Source: a candidate division WOR-3 bacterium (GTDB taxonomy: Bacteria > Hydrothermota > 32-111). From it: 64,000 bases of DNA. Positions within the stretch are counted from its first letter, which is position 1. Each line of letters begins with the position of its first letter. The notes below the pieces were generated by a model. That model was not told the origin of the DNA. It did no database searches and worked only from the letters and a program-made list of their open reading frames with translations. The position numbers were made by a program, and so were the translations under genes. Of the stretch, positions 57,410 through 64,000 are shown piece after piece. Location of the stretch: the NCBI GenBank assembly GCA_039804105.1, contig JBDRZU010000002.1:32001-96000 (forward strand). Reading direction: 5' to 3'.

Positions 57410-58222
57410 ATGCACAGAATAATTTTTCATTTTGGTAACATCACACTCTATTCTTATGGTTTAATGCAGGCAATCGGATTTCTTGCTTCACTATTTGTAA
57501 TATTTCAACTTTCAAAGAAATCAAAAATCTCAAAAGATGTGCTTTTTGATCTTTCGGTCTGGGTTATAATAGGTGGAATAATTGGTGCAAGGATCTGGTT
57601 TGTTGTTGAAAATTTTAACATATACAAAGATGAAATCTTGTCAATTATAAAAATCTGGGAAGGTGGAATGGTCTTTTACGGTGGTTTCTTTGGTGGTGTT
57701 ATCGCAGGACTTATTTATATCAAACGAAACCATCTTGATCTGCTAAAAGTTGGAGATATTTTTATGACTTCATTTCCACTCGGAATATTTTTTGGTAGAA
57801 TCGGTTGTTTTCTGAACGGGTGCTGTTATGGTAAAATTTCTGAAACTTTTGGTTTAAGATTTCCAAGGGAAAATTTTCCACCACCCTATCAGGAACAACT
57901 TGAAAAAGGTTTAATCAAACCTGATGTATGTTGTTCTCTTCCTGTGATTCCAACTCAACTGGTAGAATCATTCACAATGCTTATCATTTTTTTCATTTTA
58001 TACTATCTATACAACAGAAAAAAATTTTTTGATGGATTCATTTTTTACTCTTTTTTTATAATTTATGGGATTGAAAGATTTCTTGTTGATTTTTTAAGAG
58101 AATACTCAAAAAATGCTTTGGTTTTCAAATTCTTTTCTCTTTCACAGATAACTTCACTTCTTATAATTCTTTTCTCTTCAATTCTTTTATTTACAAGTTA
58201 TAAAAAATCAAAAAAGGTATAA
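57410..58222 (+). CDS. lgt: Prolipoprotein diacylglyceryl transferase
   Basis: YSYGLM, GARIWFV, IWEGGMVFYGG, GRIGCFLNGCCYG, PTQL, RFLVDFLR, SQ; ATG 57410 after GGAG. Confidence 0.94.
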   Translation: MHRIIFHFGNITLYSYGLMQAIGFLASLFVIFQLSKKSKISKDVLFDLSVWVIIGGIIGARIWFVVENFNIYKDEILSIIKIWEGGMVFYGGFFGGVIAGLIYIKRNHLDLLKVGDIFMTSFPLGIFFGRIGCFLNGCCYGKISETFGLRFPRENFPPPYQEQLEKGLIKPDVCCSLPVIPTQLVESFTMLIIFFILYYLYNRKKFFDGFIFYSFFIIYGIERFLVDFLREYSKNALVFKFFSLSQITSLLIILFSSILLFTSYKKSKKV

Positions 58223-58225
58223 ATA

Positions 58226-58254
58226 AAAAAGCCCCCTTAAAAAGGGGGCTTTTT
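58226..58254. terminator. Bidirectional intrinsic terminator between lgt and the S8 protease
   Basis: AAAAAGCCCCCTT-AAA-AAGGGGGCTTTTT between convergent genes. Confidence 0.9.
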
Positions 58255-58270
58255 CTTATTTTAATCTACC

Positions 58271-61200
58271 TTATTTCAGATAGGTCATCTTCATAGTTGA
58301 TTCATATCCTGATGCAGAGAGTTTATAGAAATAAACACCCGCTGCAACACTCTTTCCTGAATTATCTTTACCATCCCATTTTGCTGTATACCAGGAAACA
58401 TCTTTGACTTCATTAACAAGTGTCTTAACAAGTTTTCCTGTTATATCGTAAACAGCAAGAGTAACTTTTCCTTTTACTGGAACAGCATACTCAATAACTG
58501 TTACATCTTTGAATGGATTTGGCTGATTCTGTGAAAGAGTGTAAGTTGTAGGTCTTGGTTTACCTGAAGCAACAACTTTAATAACTGGATGCTCAGTCTT
58601 CACACCATTCTTTGATACATCGGAAACTTTGTAGTAGTAAACGGTTCCACCATAAACCTTTGTATCTGTGAATGTGTATGTTGAAGGAGCATTCTTTGCT
58701 TCAAGTGTTCCTATCTTTTCAAAGTTGAGTCCATCAACAGATCTTTCGATTATCCATGAAGAGTTGTCAAATTCAGATGTTGTTGACCATTTGAGTGTTA
58801 TCATATTGTTGTCTGCTATCGCTGAAATTTCAGTCATCTGAACTCTTGTAAGTGTTGTGGCAGCATCGACAACAACAACTGAACCTTCAAATGCATCACC
58901 CCAGTTAGCAGGTGTCTTTGCTGGAGAAGCATCTCTACCTCTGACCCAGATTTTTACAGTTCCAACTGGCCATCCAACTGTTGAAGGAACTGTTGCTGTA
59001 ACCTGTTCGTAGAGTTCATCGAATGCGCCATCTACTGCTGTCATTGGATTACCTGTTCCTGCTGGTGCAGGTGTTGGGCCATATGACCATTCAGCAGCAC
59101 TGATGTTTGACATACCTGTTGTTGAATCAGAAATTATTGCTGTAATTGTAAATGAAGTTGGAAGTCCAAGTCCTGCTGCATTTCCAACTGGTGATGGAGA
59201 TGTCTGGATTGAACCAGCATAAACTATTGGTCCAAGATAATCACCACCAACTCTTGAAATCGTGAAATTACCAGTTGTTGCTTCTCCTGTCATTGCAGGA
59301 TAAACATTTTTATCTTTTACTTTTACTTTTACTCTATATTTATTACCATTAAGTAAGGTTGAAACATCCCAGTTGTATGGTGAAGTCAAAGTAGTTCCTT
59401 TAGTTATAAGGATCCATGAATCACCACCATTTGGTGAATAATATAGATATGTTGTATCTATTGCAGCACCACCATAAGCTGTTGCTGTCCATGAAATTGA
59501 AATTGTATTTGTTGTATAAGTGTTTCCAGCAACTGGTGAACTTATTGTAACATCTGGGTGATCATGACCGATAAGCCAGATAAGGTTGTTGTTCAAAATG
59601 TTTGTTCTTGTTGTTGAAGTTTTATTTGTTGTATCAATCTGTGTTATTTCAAACGCGTTGAATATAACTCTTGTCTTATATCCACCCCAGACACCAACTC
59701 CAAGTGTTCCAAGATTGTTTGTTGATTCCCATTTTGTTCCAACAACTGGACCTGTTGCAGAATTCCATCTCCATACATTTGTTGAAGTTCCTGCAACAAA
59801 AGCATTTGAAACACCATACATTGAATCACCATCAGCACCACTTCTGTATGGGTTGTATGGAACACCTGTTGTATAAGAACCAGAGATTGGATCTCCACTT
59901 ACTCCGTAAAGTGTGAAGTTTCCTGTTGCAACTATATCACCAACATATCTACCCATCATATAGTTTATAACAAAGAGTGAATCATTTCTGTCTGTTCCAA
60001 CATAACGAAAACCATCAGTTGAAGCCATTGCCCAACCGAAATCGTGTCCTGTGTATGCGATCCTACCACCACCTGCTTCATAAAGTTTCAATGATTCTTC
60101 CTGTGGTTTTGTGAGTGGTGGATAATTTTCTTGACCTGACTGTAAGAATATCGCTTTGAAGTTTCTCATCAAATTTGTAACTGGAATCTGTCCAAAATTG
60201 TTCAAAGATGTCTGATACCATGCATAATTCCAACCACCCTGTTGTATAGCATAGACCAAAAAGTCAGGATGAGCAAATAGTTCACCTTCAAGGTTATCAT
60301 CTGTAACAAGAACCAGAATATCAGCACCTGCTATATCAACAGTTGCAAACTGGTAATGTTTACCATTGTTATCATCTCTTACAGTATTTCCTTTATGATC
60401 TTTTGATTCAACATCAAAATAATAAACTGTGTTAGGTGTGAGTCCTGAAACAATTATCGCCTGGTCACCTGAATGATCATAAACAAGGTTTGGATTCTCT
60501 GCTGTTTCGTATCCGAGTGCTGTTGTTGGTCCATAATAGACCTTTCCTGTTGTTGGCTCAGTTGTTGTCCATGCGATAAATGCTCTTGTTCCTTCTGCTT
60601 TTTCACATCTGACATTGTAGATTGTAAATGTTTCGTTATCGATCAATGCTCTTGCTGTAACTGTTGCTACTGGATTTGTATCATTGTAGACAGCCCAGAT
60701 CGTATCGATTTTGTTAACACCAAGGAAACCATCGTTGAAGTTCGATAATATTGGTGCCTGATAAGCAATCTGGATTGAACCTTTGAAAAGTCCAGTTGTT
60801 CCTGTAATCATAACATATTCTGTATCACCAAGTTTTGAATACACTTTTACAAAAGCAGTATCTGGCATACTATCTTTAAGAACTCCTAAATTCAAATCTG
60901 TCACACTGATTGTTGCAATTGAATCAATACATGAATAAACCGCTTTATCAAATTTAACATAACCATTGTTCAAATTGTTAACTGAATAGGATACAACTAT
61001 TGCGTATGGTTGTGGTGAAACAGGGCAATCTGTTGCAACAACTCTGACTCTCCATGTCCCTGTTGCAGGTGTCAAGTTTCTATACTGTTCTATTGTATTT
61101 AAATGATCTGATCCTGAAACAAGTGTTCCAGAAGGATTGTAAACCTGTAAATCAAGATCATTTACAAGAGTTGTATCTGTAACAGTATTATCACCAAAGA

Positions 61201-63130
61201 ATGGTGCTGGATAATCTGTCCAGACCAAAGTAACTCTTAACTCGTTTGCACCATCTGTAACATTGAACTGGTATTCAACATATTCACCAGTTAAAAGTCC
61301 ATCCTGATTATCATCAAAAACAACTGCTTTTGGTGATGTTGATGGAGCAACACTGAACATCAAGCAGTTGTTCAACTGTAATCTTCCAAAACCGTAGTTG
61401 TTGTTTGGTATTGTCTGACCACAATCGTTTGCTGAATTCACTGCGAGTGCTCTTATGAGTGCTGATGATGGATTTGTTATCGCATTTTCTGGTCTTTTTG
61501 TTCCCGTTGGATAAAATCCCTGAGCAAGATAATCTCTTATAAGTGCGATTGCACCTGCTGAGAATGGTGTTGCCATTGAGGTTCCCTGCATGCTAACATA
61601 GTTTGATGTTGCACCTGATGTTCTACCATCAGCAGACATAACAGTTTCACCTGGTGTTAAAAGTGTAACACCATATCTTCCATCAGCAGTTGGGCCTCTC
61701 GATGAGAACGATGAAATAGATACTGGAGAAGCTTCTGAGCATGAACCTGCTGCGTAAACATCTTTTGCACATGCTGTTCCAGATATTGTTCCCGCTGCTG
61801 AACCATCGTTACCTACTGCAAAATGAACATTGAAATCTTTATGATCCCACATATAAGCATCTGTCAACTGACATCCCTCATCATAAGCACCTGCAAGTTC
61901 AGGATATGATGAAACAGAAGGACCATAGGAGTTTGAGGTTATTCTTGCACCATGAACATACATTGTATCAAACATCGAATAACAATCTATTGGAACCCAT
62001 AAAAAAGGATCAACACTATTTCCGCAATCCATAAATAATATTTTTGCCTCTTTTGCGATTCCATCATAGTTTGATGATCCAAGATTATCATCAGAACCTG
62101 CTGCTGTACAAGAAGTGTGTGTTCCATGATATGAGTTGTTGTTATCATCACCAAAATCAAGTGTATCAAGGAAGGATGGATGTGATGGTAAATAAGCGAT
62201 AACCTTTCTATGAGTTGGATAATATCCCCATGTTGTCAATGGAACTGCTGGATCGTAGAACTGATAATGTCCCATCGTTATTCCGGAGTCGGTAACATTT
62301 ATTATCTGTCCATTTCCTTTCACTCTTCTTGCCCAAATCACAGTATCAGTGACAACTATTGTTCCATTCATGATTATCGCTCGACCATCATCGTTTCTTG
62401 GATATTTTTTCGCATACTGCATCATAAGATAAACATCTTTTAACTTTGCAACTTCAGAGATCATATTTTCAGGAATTTCAATCAAAAATGTTGCAAGAGC
62501 GGTTGTTGGCTGTGATTTATCAAGTATCTTTGCACCAAGTTTCTTAAGATTTTCAAGTGTTTCGTAGTAAGAACCGTTTCTGAACAACCTGACAACTATC
62601 TCTCTTTTAACATCTGATTTTGAATTCAAAAACTTTGGAGATGCTTTGTAAGCAGGATGCCAGAGTGAAACAAATTTTATGTAAGGGAGTTGTGAAATCT
62701 TTTCAACATCACTATCCCTCATCTTAACTATGTAACCATAGTTGTGAATCGGCCATTCAAATTTCACATCATAATTTGAAAGTTCACTTTTATACTTTTC
62801 AAGCACTGGACCTGAGAACTTCAAAATGTAATAGTTTGTCCCATCCTTTGTCAATCTTGCTTTCAATTCTGATGGGATATTTGGTTCTCCATTCCTGACA
62901 TCAAAATCATGATAAGGAAGATGGAGAATGTTAGGATCCTTCATAGTTTTTACCATCTCTTTACCCTTTGTGATGGATTTGAAACCATCAGCAAGAGGAT
63001 TAAAATATGTTCCATTATCCATTGATGGTGCACTGTTTTCAACAACTGTCGCTTTGTTGTTCACCGATTTTGCACCAACGAAAAGAAGGATAAGGGAAAC
63101 AAGAAGCAGTACTGTTAAAAATCGCTTCAT
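58271..63130 (-). CDS. Large secreted S8 (subtilisin, KP-43-like) serine protease with Ig/FN3-like modules and a C-terminal FlgD-Ig/T9SS-like sorting domain
   Basis: ATG 63130 after AGGAGG; signal peptide; triad TDSG / HGTH / GTSMATP; PSSALIRA, YGFGR, LVWTD..LVNDLDL; C-terminus LSQNQPNPF...VYDITGKLVKTL...WDGKD..GVYFY. Confidence 0.92.
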   Translation of the reverse strand: MKRFLTVLLLVSLILLFVGAKSVNNKATVVENSAPSMDNGTYFNPLADGFKSITKGKEMVKTMKDPNILHLPYHDFDVRNGEPNIPSELKARLTKDGTNYYILKFSGPVLEKYKSELSNYDVKFEWPIHNYGYIVKMRDSDVEKISQLPYIKFVSLWHPAYKASPKFLNSKSDVKREIVVRLFRNGSYYETLENLKKLGAKILDKSQPTTALATFLIEIPENMISEVAKLKDVYLMMQYAKKYPRNDDGRAIIMNGTIVVTDTVIWARRVKGNGQIINVTDSGITMGHYQFYDPAVPLTTWGYYPTHRKVIAYLPSHPSFLDTLDFGDDNNNSYHGTHTSCTAAGSDDNLGSSNYDGIAKEAKILFMDCGNSVDPFLWVPIDCYSMFDTMYVHGARITSNSYGPSVSSYPELAGAYDEGCQLTDAYMWDHKDFNVHFAVGNDGSAAGTISGTACAKDVYAAGSCSEASPVSISSFSSRGPTADGRYGVTLLTPGETVMSADGRTSGATSNYVSMQGTSMATPFSAGAIALIRDYLAQGFYPTGTKRPENAITNPSSALIRALAVNSANDCGQTIPNNNYGFGRLQLNNCLMFSVAPSTSPKAVVFDDNQDGLLTGEYVEYQFNVTDGANELRVTLVWTDYPAPFFGDNTVTDTTLVNDLDLQVYNPSGTLVSGSDHLNTIEQYRNLTPATGTWRVRVVATDCPVSPQPYAIVVSYSVNNLNNGYVKFDKAVYSCIDSIATISVTDLNLGVLKDSMPDTAFVKVYSKLGDTEYVMITGTTGLFKGSIQIAYQAPILSNFNDGFLGVNKIDTIWAVYNDTNPVATVTARALIDNETFTIYNVRCEKAEGTRAFIAWTTTEPTTGKVYYGPTTALGYETAENPNLVYDHSGDQAIIVSGLTPNTVYYFDVESKDHKGNTVRDDNNGKHYQFATVDIAGADILVLVTDDNLEGELFAHPDFLVYAIQQGGWNYAWYQTSLNNFGQIPVTNLMRNFKAIFLQSGQENYPPLTKPQEESLKLYEAGGGRIAYTGHDFGWAMASTDGFRYVGTDRNDSLFVINYMMGRYVGDIVATGNFTLYGVSGDPISGSYTTGVPYNPYRSGADGDSMYGVSNAFVAGTSTNVWRWNSATGPVVGTKWESTNNLGTLGVGVWGGYKTRVIFNAFEITQIDTTNKTSTTRTNILNNNLIWLIGHDHPDVTISSPVAGNTYTTNTISISWTATAYGGAAIDTTYLYYSPNGGDSWILITKGTTLTSPYNWDVSTLLNGNKYRVKVKVKDKNVYPAMTGEATTGNFTISRVGGDYLGPIVYAGSIQTSPSPVGNAAGLGLPTSFTITAIISDSTTGMSNISAAEWSYGPTPAPAGTGNPMTAVDGAFDELYEQVTATVPSTVGWPVGTVKIWVRGRDASPAKTPANWGDAFEGSVVVVDAATTLTRVQMTEISAIADNNMITLKWSTTSEFDNSSWIIERSVDGLNFEKIGTLEAKNAPSTYTFTDTKVYGGTVYYYKVSDVSKNGVKTEHPVIKVVASGKPRPTTYTLSQNQPNPFKDVTVIEYAVPVKGKVTLAVYDITGKLVKTLVNEVKDVSWYTAKWDGKDNSGKSVAAGVYFYKLSASGYESTMKMTYLK

Positions 63131-63187
63131 CTTACCTCCTTTTATCTTTTCACTCATTTTTTCACAAACTTTCATAATTTAATTTTA

Positions 63188-63203
63188 AGCAAAATTTATA
63201 CCA
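63188..63203 (-). promoter_or_regulatory. Candidate sigma54 (-24/-12) promoter of the S8 protease
   Basis: Minus strand TGGTATAAATTTTGCT has exact GG-N10-GC spacing with TTGC, about 60 nt before the ATG. Confidence 0.55.
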
Positions 63204-63292
63204 CTAAAAGCAATAAGTTTAACATTTTATAAATATTTTATAAATGTTTTTAGTAAAAATTTAATAAATATGTGAAAATTTTGCATTTTTTA

Positions 63293-63324
63293 AATTTAGG
63301 GTGCAAATAAATGCACCCTAAATT
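63293..63324 (-). terminator. Hairpin after the last gene (probable terminator)
   Basis: 13-bp perfect inverted repeat AATTTAGGGTGCA-N6-TGCACCCTAAATT, 9 nt after the stop at 63334. Confidence 0.65.
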
Positions 63325-63333
63325 CCCCTTGAA

Positions 63334-64000
63334 TTACTTTATTATTGTAAAATCTTTTGTTAAAACTTCTTTTGTATTGTTATAAACTTTCAAAATGTAT
63401 TTTCCTGATGAAAGTTTTGAAAGATCAACGATTTTTTCTGTTGAAACATTTTCAGTTAATACATTTCTTCCTGAAATGTCAAATATTTTTAAGTTTACAC
63501 TGTTTGTTGAAGAAATTGAAAGTTTCAAAGGTGAAACAAACTTTACAACAATATCTTTTGAAATTTTTGAAAATTCATCAACACCTGAAACCTTTTCAAT
63601 CCATATCGAATCAACTGTTGGAGTCGTTTCCATTTTTGTTGTTGTGAAGTCGATTCTATACTGTATATAGTGGTGCCCTGCTTGATTTGTTATTGAAGAG
63701 ATTGAAGCAAGATTTGAAGAATAACTGTTGTATGTTGTTATTGATGGACATGATGCCCAATCGGTTGCTGTTGCCATTGTTGAGTCAGATGATGATCTCA
63801 TCTTTAATGTGAATGTAGTGAAAGATGGTTTGTTGAATGTTATGAACACATTGTAAAGATCAAAATAATCTGATACTAATACAGCATCATATTTGTCAAT
63901 GTTTATTGCAGAAGAGATAAGGTATCCATTTTTGTAATAACTGTCATAATATATTTTTCCGCCTCCTGTTGAACTTGTTGTTCCAACACCATAGGTGTGT
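63334..64000 (-). CDS. Secreted protein with T9SS type A-like C-terminal domain (5' part outside window)
   Basis: Frame stays open from the window end (HTYGVGTTSSTGGGKIYY...) to the stop at 63334; YIQYRIDF..TPTV beta module, then LKIFDISGRNV...LSSGKYILK..KDFTIIK sorting-domain pattern. Confidence 0.8.
   Translation of the reverse strand, partial: HTYGVGTTSSTGGGKIYYDSYYKNGYLISSAINIDKYDAVLVSDYFDLYNVFITFNKPSFTTFTLKMRSSSDSTMATATDWASCPSITTYNSYSSNLASISSITNQAGHHYIQYRIDFTTTKMETTPTVDSIWIEKVSGVDEFSKISKDIVVKFVSPLKLSISSTNSVNLKIFDISGRNVLTENVSTEKIVDLSKLSSGKYILKVYNNTKEVLTKDFTIIK

Noticed and set aside
63131..63182. Upstream starts for the S8 protease (63175) and the antisense ORF 62928-63182
   Set aside because: SD AGGAGG and the signal peptide point to ATG 63130; the antisense ORF has no support.
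1004..63670. Many other 60-190 aa ORFs antisense to or nested in long genes (for example 20292-20732, 22522-22980, 29730-30182, 36110-36685)
   Set aside because: These are S/F/I/L-rich shadow frames of K/E-rich, AT-rich coding strands, with no motifs.
1..64000. CRISPR arrays, IS elements, prophage, rRNA, defence systems, programmed frameshifts or stop-codon recoding
   Set aside because: By eye I found no spaced direct repeats, transposase/integrase/phage motifs, rRNA-like tracts or interrupted conserved genes. TGA, TAA and TAG all act as normal stops. Subtle cases could be missed without computation.

Overview
A 64 kb, very AT-rich, gene-dense bacterial chromosomal segment that is mostly housekeeping. 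I saw no IS elements, prophage or CRISPR array. Layout: (1) partial glyQ preceded by tRNA-Pro; (2) alkaline phosphatase and a class II aldolase; (3) a long minus-strand run, in transcription order yceD-rpmF-plsX-fabH-fabD-fabG-acpP-fabF-rnc-etfB-etfA, then a GT2/SDR/DegT/methyltransferase/YfhO-like amino-sugar module, an M1 peptidase, an orphan membrane coiled-coil protein, and leuS-truA-fsa-PLD lipoprotein-purB; (4) a 470 bp promoter-rich divergent gap with a candidate unannotated small RNA; (5) a 21 kb plus-strand run: tRNA-Lys, cNMP-binding protein, tRNA-Glu, tRNA-Val, thrS, L20 leader, infC (ATC start), rpmI, rplT, lipoprotein, zapB-like, zapA, 6S RNA, rny, ymdB, folD, xseAB, ispA, DUF212, dxs, secA, ligA, tandem thyX and a PimA-like GT4; (6) a class V aminotransferase, serA and three uncharacterised envelope genes; (7) PHP phosphatase-pepP-lgt; (8) a giant S8 protease and a partial gene, both with T9SS-like C-terminal domains. 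The long SecA, sorting-domain proteins and gene content suggest an FCB-related candidate lineage such as WOR-3/TA06 (inference only). Most notable observations: the candidate anti-SD/anti-AUG sRNA, a consistent 16-nt sigma70 promoter spacer with several leaderless genes, the amino-sugar module whose SDR lacks the catalytic Tyr, an orphan bifurcating-type ETF in the fatty-acid operon, and a sigma54-type promoter on the giant protease. All functional calls come from motifs read by eye; no searches were run.
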